Assembly (NCBI GenBank): GCA_030698695.1
Contig: JAUYMR010000042.1
Coordinates: 3,174-67,173 of the forward strand
Direction: 5' to 3'
Source: a bacterium
GTDB taxonomy: Bacteria; Patescibacteriota; Minisyncoccia; UBA6257; WO2-44-18
DNA: 64,000 nt
This document shows, one piece after another, positions 20,215 to 32,099 of the stretch; within the stretch, counting starts at the first letter, position 1; each line of letters begins with the position of its first letter. A program made the position numbers and the translations under genes. The notes under the pieces were generated by a model. The model was not told the origin of the DNA. It saw only the letters and a program-made list of their open reading frames with translations, and ran no database searches.

Positions 20215-21510
20215 ATGAATATAGCCATTCTTGGTTTCGCGCGAGAAGGAAGATCTCTATTAAAATTTCTAAAAAAAGCCCCTAAATTCAAGGGAGCTAA
20301 AATTACTATTTTAGATAAAAAGCTTAATAAAAATTATCTCCATCGTCTTGATAGATTTGACTTGCTCTTTCGCTCACCGGGCATCCCCTATAACTTGCCA
20401 GAAATTCAACAAGCTATTAAAGGGGGCCTTAAAATTTCCAGCGCCACTAAATTATTTTTTGATCTCTGTCCGGCTAAAGTTATCGGCGTTACCGGCACCA
20501 AGGGCAAGGGCACAACTTCCACGTTAATATATAAAATCCTTAAAGAGGCCGACAAAGACGTCTATCTAGCCGGCAATATCGGCAAACCGGCATTGAATAT
20601 CTTGCCCGAATTATCCAAAAAATCTTTGGTGATATTAGAACTATCTAGCTTTCAATTGCAGGATCTCAAAAAATCGCCAACTATTGCCATCGTATTAGAT
20701 ATCTTCCCCGATCATTTAGATTCTCATAAAAATATGCGAGAATATTTAGCCGCCAAAACTAATATTTGCGCCCACCAAACCAAAAAAGATGTTGTCTTTT
20801 ATTTCAAAAATAACCCACTATCTCAAAAAATGGCGCTCCATAGCCGCGGCCGTCACATTCCAATCTCCGCGCCCGACAACCTTTCAAAAAATAAAATAAT
20901 GGCCGCGACAGTAGCCGCCCATCTCAATTGTTCGCGCGCCACTATTGATAGAGTCATCAAAAATTTTCATGGCATGAAGCACCGCTTAGAACTTATTCGT
21001 AACATCAAAATCTCCAGAACCACTAAGCAACATTCTGGCATTCTTAATAATATGAGGGTGTTATTTTACGACGATTCGGCTAGTACTAATCCCCAAACCG
21101 CCGCCGTAGCCGTTCTATCTTTTGCGCCGAACAAATTAACCAATTCACCAACTAACCAACTAACCATTTTAATAGCCGGTGGCAAAGACAAAAATCTCAA
21201 TTATACTCCCCTAGCCAAGGCCATCAAAAAATCTGGTAACGTAAAACTAGTAATCCTTTTCGGCGAAAATAAAATTAAAATTAAAAAAACACTAGAGACT
21301 GGTGACCAGAAACCGAATATAAAACTAGCCAAAAATTTAAAATCCGCCGTTGATTTAGCTTATCAATCTGCCCGAAAACTAAGTAACCAACCAACTAATC
21401 AACTAATTAACATTATCCTCTCTTCCGGCGCCGCCAGTTTTGATATGTTCAAAGATTATGCCGATCGGGGCCAGCAATTCAAAAAGATTGTAAAAAAAAT
21501 AGCAAGATAG
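20215..21510 (+). CDS. murD: UDP-N-acetylmuramoyl-L-alanine:D-glutamate ligase
   Basis: RSPGIP, GVTGTKGKGTT, GNIG, ELSSFQL, DHLD, HRLE, DDSASTN, GGKDK, ASFDMF. Confidence 0.93.
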   Translation: MNIAILGFAREGRSLLKFLKKAPKFKGAKITILDKKLNKNYLHRLDRFDLLFRSPGIPYNLPEIQQAIKGGLKISSATKLFFDLCPAKVIGVTGTKGKGTTSTLIYKILKEADKDVYLAGNIGKPALNILPELSKKSLVILELSSFQLQDLKKSPTIAIVLDIFPDHLDSHKNMREYLAAKTNICAHQTKKDVVFYFKNNPLSQKMALHSRGRHIPISAPDNLSKNKIMAATVAAHLNCSRATIDRVIKNFHGMKHRLELIRNIKISRTTKQHSGILNNMRVLFYDDSASTNPQTAAVAVLSFAPNKLTNSPTNQLTILIAGGKDKNLNYTPLAKAIKKSGNVKLVILFGENKIKIKKTLETGDQKPNIKLAKNLKSAVDLAYQSARKLSNQPTNQLINIILSSGAASFDMFKDYADRGQQFKKIVKKIAR

Positions 21511-21526
21511 TATACTTTTTTTAGTT

Positions 21527-21601
21527 GCAGCCGTAGTGTAGCCCGGTTAACACGTCTCCCTGTCACGGAGAAGATCGCCGGTTCGAATCCGGTCGGCTGC
21601 G
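21527..21601 (+). tRNA. tRNA-Asp (GTC)
   Basis: GCAGCCG acceptor stem, TCTCC-CTGTCAC-GGAGA arm, GGTTCGAATCC. Confidence 0.95.
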
Positions 21602-21674
21602 CATCAGATTTTTCAAGCAAGATAACGAGCTTTAAAAATCAATTCTCCGATCAAGCATCGGAACATCATATTTT

Positions 21675-23126
21675 CTAAGCCGATATTTTCTCATAATACT
21701 GACCTATCCCCAAAATATCTTTTTCTCGCCAATGTTTGCCAATGAGTTGAAAGCCCACTGGCAACCCCTCGCGACCTCGGACTGGAATAGAAATAGCCGG
21801 CAATCCGGCCATGTTGACTGGAATAGTAAAAATATCTGAAAGGTACATAGTTAAGGGATCAGCCGTTTTCTCTCCTAACTTAAATGCCGTAGTCGGTGAG
21901 ACTGGGGTTAAAATAACATCCACTTCCTTAAAGGCCTCGTCAAAATCTTTTTTGATAAGCGCCCTTACTTTTTGCGCCTTAGCATAATAGGCATCATAAT
22001 ATCCAGAAGATAAAACATAAGTCCCTAAAATAATTCTCCGCTTAACCTCTTGACCAAAACCATCACTGCGATTCTTTTTATAAAGATCCAACAAATTATC
22101 GGCCTTAGCATGGCCATCTTTTCGGCCATATCTAATACCATCAAAACGAGCCAAGTTGGCGCTAACTTCCGCGGGCATAATTATGTAATAGCAAGAAAGC
22201 GCGTATTTTGTGTGAGGTAATTTGATTGTTTTAAAATTAATCCTCAAGCTTTTTATTTTCTCTATAGCGCCCTCTACGGCTTTAACAACTTCCGAATCCG
22301 CGCCAGCGGTAAAATATTCTTCCGGCAATCCAATGGTCAAATTTTTAATATCTTCCAATTCGGGATTGAACAAGGTATTGCCATAGCCACCTTCCGGGTC
22401 AGCGCTGGTAGCGTCAAATTGATCTCGGCCGGCTATGGCCTGAAATAAAATAGCCACATCTTCAACGGTTTTAGCAAACGGACCAATCTGATCTAAACTA
22501 GATGCCATAGCTGTCGCCCCATATCTAGAAACAGCTCCATAAGTCGGCTTAAGACCCACCACCCCGCATAAACTAGCGGGCTGACGAATAGAGCCGCCCG
22601 TATCTGTGCCTAGAGCGCCTAAGGCCATATGAGCAGAGACAGCGGCCGCTGATCCGCCAGAAGATCCTCCCGGAACTCTCTCTAAATCATGCGGATTCCG
22701 AGTTAATTTAAAAGCCGATGTTTCCGTGGAAGACCCCATAGCAAACTCATCCATATTGGTTTTACCCAGAAAAACCGCGTCAACCCCTTTAAGTTTTCTA
22801 ATAACAGTCGCGTCGTAAGGGGCGCGATAATCTTCCAATATTTTAGAAGCGCAAGTCATAGGTTGACCAGACACTAAAAGATTGTCCTTAATAGCTAATG
22901 GCGCGCCGGCTAACATGCCCACTGGTTCATCTCCGGCTATTTTAAGATCAACCCGCTCGGCTTGCCTATAAGCTTCATCTTTAGCCAGCGATAGATAGGC
23001 ATTAATCTCCCGATCTTTGGAATCTATATATTCAAAAAATTTCTGCGCCACTTCCAAAGCGGTATACTCTTTTTTGAGTAATCCTTCGTGAAGCTTTTTA
23101 ATTGTAAGATCATGTAATGAATGCAT
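21675..23126 (-). CDS. gatA: Asp/Glu-tRNA amidotransferase subunit A
   Basis: GKTNMDEFAMGSS, PGGSSGGS, GTDTGGSIRQP, RFDGIRYG. Confidence 0.98.
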   Translation of the reverse strand: MHSLHDLTIKKLHEGLLKKEYTALEVAQKFFEYIDSKDREINAYLSLAKDEAYRQAERVDLKIAGDEPVGMLAGAPLAIKDNLLVSGQPMTCASKILEDYRAPYDATVIRKLKGVDAVFLGKTNMDEFAMGSSTETSAFKLTRNPHDLERVPGGSSGGSAAAVSAHMALGALGTDTGGSIRQPASLCGVVGLKPTYGAVSRYGATAMASSLDQIGPFAKTVEDVAILFQAIAGRDQFDATSADPEGGYGNTLFNPELEDIKNLTIGLPEEYFTAGADSEVVKAVEGAIEKIKSLRINFKTIKLPHTKYALSCYYIIMPAEVSANLARFDGIRYGRKDGHAKADNLLDLYKKNRSDGFGQEVKRRIILGTYVLSSGYYDAYYAKAQKVRALIKKDFDEAFKEVDVILTPVSPTTAFKLGEKTADPLTMYLSDIFTIPVNMAGLPAISIPVRGREGLPVGFQLIGKHWREKDILGIGQYYEKISA

Positions 23127-23127
23127 A

Positions 23128-23457
23128 TTATTCTCCGCCAAGGGCGGATCTGTCTTCGGCGTAAAAAACTGGGGGCACTTTCAAAAACCCACCATCCTGT
23201 TCTGGAAATTGCTCTCTCAATTTATCAACATTCTCAAAATGTCCTTCGGTAAAAACCTCGTCTTCACGCGTCACGTTCTTCAGCATCGTACCTCCAGTCA
23301 TTGGCCGGACTTCGTCAGTGTTAACTTCCTGCAACTCTTTAAAGTGATTAAGAATGCTGGTTAGATCAGTTAAAAACTTTTCCTGCTCTTTTTCAGTCAA
23401 TTTTAACCTTGCCAATTCAGCCAAATGCTCAATAGATTTTTTGTTTATTTCAAACAT
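23128..23457 (-). CDS. gatC: Asp/Glu-tRNA amidotransferase subunit C
   Basis: HLAELARL, NVTRED, FLKVPPVF; adjacent to gatA. Confidence 0.93.
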   Translation of the reverse strand: MFEINKKSIEHLAELARLKLTEKEQEKFLTDLTSILNHFKELQEVNTDEVRPMTGGTMLKNVTREDEVFTEGHFENVDKLREQFPEQDGGFLKVPPVFYAEDRSALGGE

Positions 23458-23543
23458 ACAATTAATTCTATATTAAATAGAGATTCTATTCAAAATAAAA
23501 AACTCCCGCAATACTATTACACAGCGGGAGCAGTTGGCGGCCA

Positions 23544-23720
23544 CTAGATACCGATATAGCGAGCCACCGCAGAGGCGACGAACACCACTCCTATCAATAC
23601 AACATCAAAAAACATTTTCCATTTTGACGATTCGTCAAATACCGTCGGGAAAAAACGCCTCAAGAAAACCAGCATCAACAATATCATTCCAACAGTATAA
23701 AGAGCTCCTGACGTATCCAT
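23544..23720 (-). CDS. Small two-TM hypothetical protein
   Basis: AAGGA RBS, two hydrophobic segments, downstream hairpin CTCCCGC...GCGGGAG near 23503-23530. Confidence 0.5.
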   Translation of the reverse strand: MDTSGALYTVGMILLMLVFLRRFFPTVFDESSKWKMFFDVVLIGVVFVASAVARYIGI

Positions 23721-23802
23721 AGCCACATCCTTTCTCAAGGGGAGGGGCAGAGAAATAAAATAAACTTTTTAATTTGCTTACGACATCATAGCACAATCGA
23801 CA

Positions 23803-25917
<2,115 letters not shown>

Positions 25918-25985
25918 CTAACATAAAAAATACCGCGGTTATGGGGCGTTTTTGTGCTTCGTGGCGGCTTATTTATCTATAAATA

Positions 25986-26321
25986 CTAAAAGGTCGCTTC
26001 AAAGGCGCGAGCCACCTGACCGGATTCGCCCAACGACTGTATAGTGTCCGCATCTGGCAAATTCGTACTAAAACTCGCTTCATTATTCAGAACCATTGAA
26101 CTGCAATAATCGGTTGAATCGGCATCTTTAAATCTGCGATAAAACTGACATTCTAAACCACTGTCAGCCGCGAAAATGGCCTTAGCTGAATCAGCAACAT
26201 TGGTAGTTTGTCTTATCTGATAGAGCATCAATAATCCGGCTATGGCCGTAGCGCCCAAAATCGTGCCAGATAAAATCAGTACCGTAACCAACATAACTTG
26301 TCCTTTGGAATTATTATTCAT
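25986..26321 (-). CDS. PilX-like minor pilin
   Basis: KG|QVML prepilin-like leader, AIFAADSGLE. Confidence 0.7.
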   Translation of the reverse strand: MNNNSKGQVMLVTVLILSGTILGATAIAGLLMLYQIRQTTNVADSAKAIFAADSGLECQFYRRFKDADSTDYCSSMVLNNEASFSTNLPDADTIQSLGESGQVARAFEATF

Positions 26322-26327
26322 AATATT

Positions 26328-26558
26328 TTATTGTCCCGGCAACGACGGTAATGAAAAGTCGGGCTGTAAATTGCCATATTGATAAAGCAATATGGCATAA
26401 ATCACGGCTGACCATACAAGAATAATAACCCCCTCTTTGCGATGTTCTCTTTCGCTAGCTAAAGCGATTCCATAAACAATGCCCGCTACAACATTAAAAA
26501 AACCTATAATTATGCCTATCCAGAACCATTTTTTATAAAGCTTAAAATTATCTTCCAT
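26328..26558 (-). CDS. Small membrane protein within the pilin array
   Basis: Hydrophobic ORF of about 76 aa filling the gap, co-oriented. Confidence 0.55.
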   Translation of the reverse strand: MEDNFKLYKKWFWIGIIIGFFNVVAGIVYGIALASEREHRKEGVIILVWSAVIYAILLYQYGNLQPDFSLPSLPGQ

Positions 26559-26565
26559 GATGTAA

Positions 26566-27162
26566 TTATAACACGCACTCACGAGAGGTATCTAAAACTC
26601 TCGGACTTATAGTAGTTTGAATATCTGTGAAAAAATCTCGCAACTGAGCCAACGACGACCCCACTCTTAACGAGATGGTTATTTTAACTTGCTCAAAGTC
26701 CGTAGTAGATTCTCCCTTTAACAAAAATCTCAATCTTTCAACATCAACGTCATCGCTGGTAATGCGGCGAAATGACAGCGGATCTGGATCCGGCGGAGGG
26801 ATAAAATCAGATTCGCTACGCTCTATATATCCCGTTCTATCTCTAAGCAAATTCAATCTATAAACAACGTATTTTCTATTCGCATTAATAAAATTTAATT
26901 CACTATCAGAGGTGTCAAAACAAATGCCCGTTCGTATTTCACGAGCCATCTGCTCTAAAGTTAAACTCGCGTTATTGTTTACCGCTATCAAACTAACAAT
27001 AGTTCTTTGACTACGCAACGATTTGATAAAAATACCGCTAGTAATAGCTAGAACCGTCACAAACAAAGTCATGGCCACCAAAAGCTCAATCAAAGTAAAA
27101 CCGTCCCGGACGCGCGATATATAGCATCTTAAAATTGTTAATTTATGTAATAATTTTTTCAT
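26566..27162 (-). CDS. Type IV minor pilin (PilW-like)
   Basis: G|FTLIELLVAM, LEQMAREIR. Confidence 0.85.
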   Translation of the reverse strand: MKKLLHKLTILRCYISRVRDGFTLIELLVAMTLFVTVLAITSGIFIKSLRSQRTIVSLIAVNNNASLTLEQMAREIRTGICFDTSDSELNFINANRKYVVYRLNLLRDRTGYIERSESDFIPPPDPDPLSFRRITSDDVDVERLRFLLKGESTTDFEQVKITISLRVGSSLAQLRDFFTDIQTTISPRVLDTSRECVL

Positions 27163-27192
27163 CTCGCAACTATATATTTAACTTTAATCATA

Positions 27193-27720
27193 TTAACGCC
27201 AGTTGAAAAAATGATCCTCTAGATTAATCTCAAAATCGCCGCCGCCACGGGTAGTCCAATTAACAATTGAATTAACCCGCATTTCATCATTTGACCCATC
27301 TAAATGTCTATCAAATGGATAGCTGATGCGAATATATCTAGTAAACCGGGTATCATCTCCAGACGCATAACTATACACATCGCGGCCATCATCATATCTA
27401 AGCGGTGGTGGGTTGGCTGATAATAACGATATTGACCCATTGTAATTGACAAGATATAAGCCAGCGCTCAGACCCAAAGACCAATCATTATTATTGATAT
27501 AATTAGTATCAATTTTATTTTTAACAATCTCTATCCCCTCAGATGCCAAATAAGTCGCTATATAACGATCACTTAATACCCTATTCAAGCTTTGAGATTC
27601 TGAAAGCAATGTAAAAATACCCAAAAGACCTATCACGATGATGCTGATAGCAATCATCGATTCAATCAACAACTCGCCTTTTTGCGAATTGTCTAATTTG
27701 ATATATATTTTTTTAAACAT
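27193..27720 (-). CDS. Type IV minor pilin (PilV-like)
   Basis: KG|ELLIESMIA, ATYLASEGIE. Confidence 0.8.
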   Translation of the reverse strand: MFKKIYIKLDNSQKGELLIESMIAISIIVIGLLGIFTLLSESQSLNRVLSDRYIATYLASEGIEIVKNKIDTNYINNNDWSLGLSAGLYLVNYNGSISLLSANPPPLRYDDGRDVYSYASGDDTRFTRYIRISYPFDRHLDGSNDEMRVNSIVNWTTRGGGDFEINLEDHFFNWR

Positions 27721-27726
27721 ATAATT

Positions 27727-28248
27727 TTATCTGGATGAAACCTGACCGGCACTATTAACAACAACAACCACCGAAGATTGTTCGCCGGCTATATTCGTTG
27801 AGAGTGTGATGGTGGTTTCGGACGCATTGGGGGTCAGGGTAGTTTTCGGGTCTGGCGGCGTAAAGAAAATATCAGTTACATTGGGGTTGCTACTCAACTC
27901 AATATCTACAGCATACAGATTTGTTTTCTCTTCCAGCTCCTCTCCAACATCAAACTTCTTATTACTAGCTCTTAAGCTACAATCTCCATTAATTTTAGAA
28001 TCTTTAAAGAGTTGATAATATTTAGGCACTATATGCACACCGTAACCACAAGCGGCGCCATCAACTCTAAAAGTTTGGATGCTCAAAGATTTAGCCCTTA
28101 AAATAGTATTGACTAATTTAGCCTGCTCTCTAAGCAGGGTTAATTGTTTCTCACTATCGCGGCTGTACAACAACAACATTGAAGTCAACAGCGCCAGAAT
28201 ACCGATGACAACCAACAGCTCTATTACAGTAAAACCTCTTTGCTTCAT
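27727..28248 (-). CDS. Type IV minor pilin (FimT/GspH-like)
   Basis: RG|FTVIELLVVIGI, YGVH, VNSAGQV. Confidence 0.85.
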   Translation of the reverse strand: MKQRGFTVIELLVVIGILALLTSMLLLYSRDSEKQLTLLREQAKLVNTILRAKSLSIQTFRVDGAACGYGVHIVPKYYQLFKDSKINGDCSLRASNKKFDVGEELEEKTNLYAVDIELSSNPNVTDIFFTPPDPKTTLTPNASETTITLSTNIAGEQSSVVVVVNSAGQVSSR

Positions 28249-29009
28249 AATCTAATAATAGCAAAAATACGCGGTCCGAAAAACAAAGCAATCAAAGTTC
28301 CGATTACTAAAAATGGCCCAAACGGTATGGCGTCTTTCATTTTTTTTATATTTGCGGCCATAAGAATAATCCCCCAGACCCCGCCCGCGATAAAAGCCGT
28401 CATAAAAGCCACCAAAATCTGTGGCCAACCCAATAATAACCCCATAGCGCCGGCCAATTTAACATCGCCCATTCCCATAGCTCTACCTTTGCTGAAAAAT
28501 GCCAGACTACCGAAAAATAACAATCCGCCTAAAGCCGATAAAATATGACCCCAATAAGCGCCGCTTAATATGATAATTATCGCGCCCAGAATAGCTAAAA
28601 AAATATTTAGGCCATCCGGCAAAATAGATAATCTCGCGTCAATAGAAGCCATTAAAATCAATGTCAATGATGCCAAGACTAAGACTAAAAACTGCCACCA
28701 TGTCACAAAATTGAATATATAAATATAAAGCGACGCGAAAACTAGACCCGTCATAAACTCAACAATTGGATAACGCCAAGAAATTTTATAACTACATTGG
28801 CGACATTTTCTATTTTGAATAAAAAAACTTACCAATGGGATAAGTTCATACCAACTAAGCATTTTGCTACAGTTGGGGCATTTAGATCTGCCGCCGAAAT
28901 AGTAACTAGGATAACGTTCGGCAACCACATTTATAAAACTACCCATCACTAAACCGAAAATAAAAATTATTAAAATGTTTATTATCATTATCTGCTGTTC
29001 ATTATACAA
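28245..29009 (-). CDS. pilD: Prepilin peptidase
   Basis: GSFINVV, RSKCPNC, CRQC, GMGDVKL, IPFGPFL; true start may be a few codons downstream. Confidence 0.95.
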   Translation of the reverse strand: MYNEQQIMIINILIIFIFGLVMGSFINVVAERYPSYYFGGRSKCPNCSKMLSWYELIPLVSFFIQNRKCRQCSYKISWRYPIVEFMTGLVFASLYIYIFNFVTWWQFLVLVLASLTLILMASIDARLSILPDGLNIFLAILGAIIIILSGAYWGHILSALGGLLFFGSLAFFSKGRAMGMGDVKLAGAMGLLLGWPQILVAFMTAFIAGGVWGIILMAANIKKMKDAIPFGPFLVIGTLIALFFGPRIFAIIRL

Positions 29010-29010
29010 A

Positions 29011-29036
29011 CTTGGGGAGGCGGTTGCCTCCCCAAG
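29011..29036 (-). terminator. Hairpin after the major pilin gene (terminator or mRNA stabiliser)
   Basis: CTTGGGGAGGC-ggtt-GCCTCCCCAAG, perfect 11-bp stem. Confidence 0.65.
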
Positions 29037-29065
29037 CCGATTTATTCTAACTAAATATTGTCAGT

Positions 29066-29578
29066 CTATAAAGTAACACAATATTTATCAGTCGGAGTCT
29101 CAACAGTACTGCAAAGCGAACTAGGACTGCTTTGCCCATTGTTGGGCACCGTCATCGGAGAGGCAACCCCAGGACCACAAGCATCTTCAAATGCCCTATT
29201 CGGAGTTTGCTTAAGAGCAGAATTATTGCCGTCCTCCAGTATCGCTCCTAACACATAACGAGAGCCATTTTCGCTACAATATCCATAATGACGGGGGTTG
29301 GTTGGACTATTAACGGGATCGTCTGGTACCTGATTAATTCCGATAGTCGCATTAATCAATACATTAGCCAAATCATCCCAATTGTTGGAAGACGGATAAA
29401 CGCCCTCCTTAGCAAAGTACAACTCAAGAGCGTTCTGTACTTGCTTAAGATCGCTGATACGACGCGCATCGCGACTCTTACCTCTAAAGCCGCCCAAACC
29501 GACCAAAACAATGGAAGCTAAGATACCGATAATAGCTATAACGATAACTAATTCTATTAAAGTAAAGCCTTTCTTCAT
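29066..29578 (-). CDS. Type IV pilin (probable major pilin, GspG-like)
   Basis: MKKG|FTLIELVIVIAIIGILA, RDARRISDL, ALELY. Confidence 0.9.
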   Translation of the reverse strand: MKKGFTLIELVIVIAIIGILASIVLVGLGGFRGKSRDARRISDLKQVQNALELYFAKEGVYPSSNNWDDLANVLINATIGINQVPDDPVNSPTNPRHYGYCSENGSRYVLGAILEDGNNSALKQTPNRAFEDACGPGVASPMTVPNNGQSSPSSLCSTVETPTDKYCVTL

Positions 29579-29720
29579 ATATGTTTACAGATGGACACAG
29601 ATTGAGAGCTGATCGGCACGGATCACAGATCGGTGCCTATCCGCATATTATCAGCGTCTATCCGTAATATCTTTTCTCGACCTTTCCGGATTAATTATTG
29701 CTTATTATTAATTATACCAA

Positions 29721-30929
29721 TTAAAACGATTGTATCAAATTATAAATAGGCAATAGCACCGAGGCAAACAATACACCCACCAAAACTCCCATAACAACCA
29801 TTAGGGTGGGCTGGATCAATTCCACTAGATTAGCTACTAAATCATTAACCTCTCGGGTATAAAATATAGCCACGCGATCCAGCATCTCATCCAATTTACC
29901 AGTCTTTTCACCTACGGCCACCATCTGCCCTACCAAAACAGGAAAATATTTCTCGTTAGTCTCAATTGCTTCCGAAACCAATCTTCCACTACGAACTTTT
30001 TCGGCCAAATCATGTATCACCTCGCGATAAATAACGTTATCAATAGTATGTCCGCTAATCTCAATTGCTTGAGCAACCGGAATACCTCCCTTTATCAAAA
30101 TAGACAACCCTTCCGAAAATCTGCTTATGTAGACTTTTTTAAATAGATCTCCAAAAACAGGAGCTCTAATAATCAACTGCCCATAAACCATGCGCCCCTC
30201 TTGGCTGCGCAAATAATCAGCAACAATTACCAGCAAAATAGCGACCGCGATAATAACACCCAACCACCAAGCAGCGATAAAATTACCGACATCTAAAAGA
30301 ATTTGAGTGAAAAATGGCAATTGCACATTGGATTCCGCGAAAATCGGACTTAACTGCGGAAAAACTACCCCGACTAAAATACCGGCCACCACCAAAAATA
30401 ATCCCAAAACAAAAGCTGGATAAATTAAAGCGTTGCGAACCTTGGCTATAAGAGCCATTTCTTTTTCTAAATAATCTGCCAAAAATTCCATCACTTCATC
30501 TATGCGCCCCGTAACCTCTGCCGATCTAACTAAATTTATATAAAATTCTGAGAAGATGGCGCTATGTTTTTCCAGGGCCTGCGATAACGACAATCCAGCA
30601 TCAACATCAGACCACATTTCAAAAATTGCCTCTTTCAAAGTCGGATTTTTAGACTGTAAATACAATCCTTTTAGCGCTTCATCTAACGGCAAATCTGCTT
30701 TAAGCATCGCGGAAAATTGGCGCGTGAAAATCACCAAATCCACCCTTTTGGCGCGTTGCATAAAATTAAGCATTGAGGCGTAGAACTTGGGCACTCTTAC
30801 TTCGGCTAAACTTAAAATATACAGGCTGTGTCCCTGTAAAATATCTAGAGCAGTATTACGATTAATTGCCTCAACGTAACCCGCTTGCAACTCCCCCTCT
30901 TTAGTTCTGGCCTTATATTTAAACTTCAT
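29721..30929 (-). CDS. pilC: Type IV pilus platform protein (PilC/GspF)
   Basis: FTRQF, AEVTG, ALIYP, VGEKTGKLD, LPIY. Confidence 0.95.
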   Translation of the reverse strand: MKFKYKARTKEGELQAGYVEAINRNTALDILQGHSLYILSLAEVRVPKFYASMLNFMQRAKRVDLVIFTRQFSAMLKADLPLDEALKGLYLQSKNPTLKEAIFEMWSDVDAGLSLSQALEKHSAIFSEFYINLVRSAEVTGRIDEVMEFLADYLEKEMALIAKVRNALIYPAFVLGLFLVVAGILVGVVFPQLSPIFAESNVQLPFFTQILLDVGNFIAAWWLGVIIAVAILLVIVADYLRSQEGRMVYGQLIIRAPVFGDLFKKVYISRFSEGLSILIKGGIPVAQAIEISGHTIDNVIYREVIHDLAEKVRSGRLVSEAIETNEKYFPVLVGQMVAVGEKTGKLDEMLDRVAIFYTREVNDLVANLVELIQPTLMVVMGVLVGVLFASVLLPIYNLIQSF

Positions 30930-30966
30930 CGTAGGGCATTCACTAATAATGCGTTCGCGATTACTC

Positions 30967-32037
30967 CTATCTTTCTAATAATACTTTTAACTCTGATGGA
31001 TTTAAAGAATATAATTCCGCGTTTTCCAAAGAAATCATTTTTCTTTTGACTAAATCAACCAGTGAACGATTTAGACTAACCATACCTTCTTGTGAGCTAG
31101 TTTCAATCACTAAATCAATCTGATGAACTTTTCTTTCTCTTATTAAATTTCTAATAGCGGAGTTCATAATCATAACTTCGCAAGCCGGCACGCGACCACC
31201 TCCGATTTTAGGTATTAACCTTTCAGAGACAATAGCCACCAAAGTAGATGCTAGCTGTGAAGCGGCTTGGTTTTGTTGTTCAGCGGGAAAACTATCAATA
31301 ATACGATCAATGGTCTGCGCGGCTGAATTGGTATGCAGAGTAGAAAATACCAAGTGGCCGGTTTCGGCGGCAGTCATAGCGGCGGCTACGGATTCATGCC
31401 CACGCATTTCACCAACCATAATAACATCGGGGTCTTGACGCAAAACAGATGTCAAAGCTTTGTTAAAACTTAGCGCGTCTATTTTAATTTCTCGTTGTGA
31501 AACAATGGATTTATCTTGAGTAAATAAATATTCTATGGGATCCTCAACGGTTATTATATGATCCAGACGAGTATGATTAATCTCATCAACCATCGCGGCA
31601 GATGTCGTTGATTTGCCGTGACCAGCCGGACCGACTATCAACACAAAACCTTGAGCTAACTTAGTAAAATCGTGAAGTATGGGCGGCAAATTAAGATCGT
31701 CTAAAGTCGGCGGTTTGGCTCTCACTAATCTCATGGCGGCGGCCAAAAAACCTCGTTGATGGAAAACATTAACCCTAAAACGCGCCTTGTTATCAAAAGA
31801 GTAAGAAAAATCTATCTCTTTGTCTCGCAATACCTCGTCTTTTTGGTCTGATGTTAACAAAGCCGTAATCAAGCCCTCCACTGCTTCTGGTGTTAATACC
31901 ACCTCTTCATTCAGTGGGATTAAAGACCCGTCAATTCTTAAAGTTGGCTTAGTGCCTACTCCCAAATGCAAATCCGACGCGCCACGACTAGCGGCCGCCA
32001 ACAACAGTTCATTAAGTTTTTGCTGGTAGTTATTCAT
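30967..32037 (-). CDS. pilT: Type IV pilus retraction ATPase
   Basis: ASDLHL, GPAGHGKST, LRQDPDVIMVGEMR, AETGHLV, AIRNLIRE. Confidence 0.96.
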   Translation of the reverse strand: MNNYQQKLNELLLAAASRGASDLHLGVGTKPTLRIDGSLIPLNEEVVLTPEAVEGLITALLTSDQKDEVLRDKEIDFSYSFDNKARFRVNVFHQRGFLAAAMRLVRAKPPTLDDLNLPPILHDFTKLAQGFVLIVGPAGHGKSTTSAAMVDEINHTRLDHIITVEDPIEYLFTQDKSIVSQREIKIDALSFNKALTSVLRQDPDVIMVGEMRGHESVAAAMTAAETGHLVFSTLHTNSAAQTIDRIIDSFPAEQQNQAASQLASTLVAIVSERLIPKIGGGRVPACEVMIMNSAIRNLIRERKVHQIDLVIETSSQEGMVSLNRSLVDLVKRKMISLENAELYSLNPSELKVLLER

Positions 32038-32099
32038 AGAGTTTAGGGATTAGGAATTTTTAAACTATACCTCAAACTCCGCACCCTATTATTATTGTA

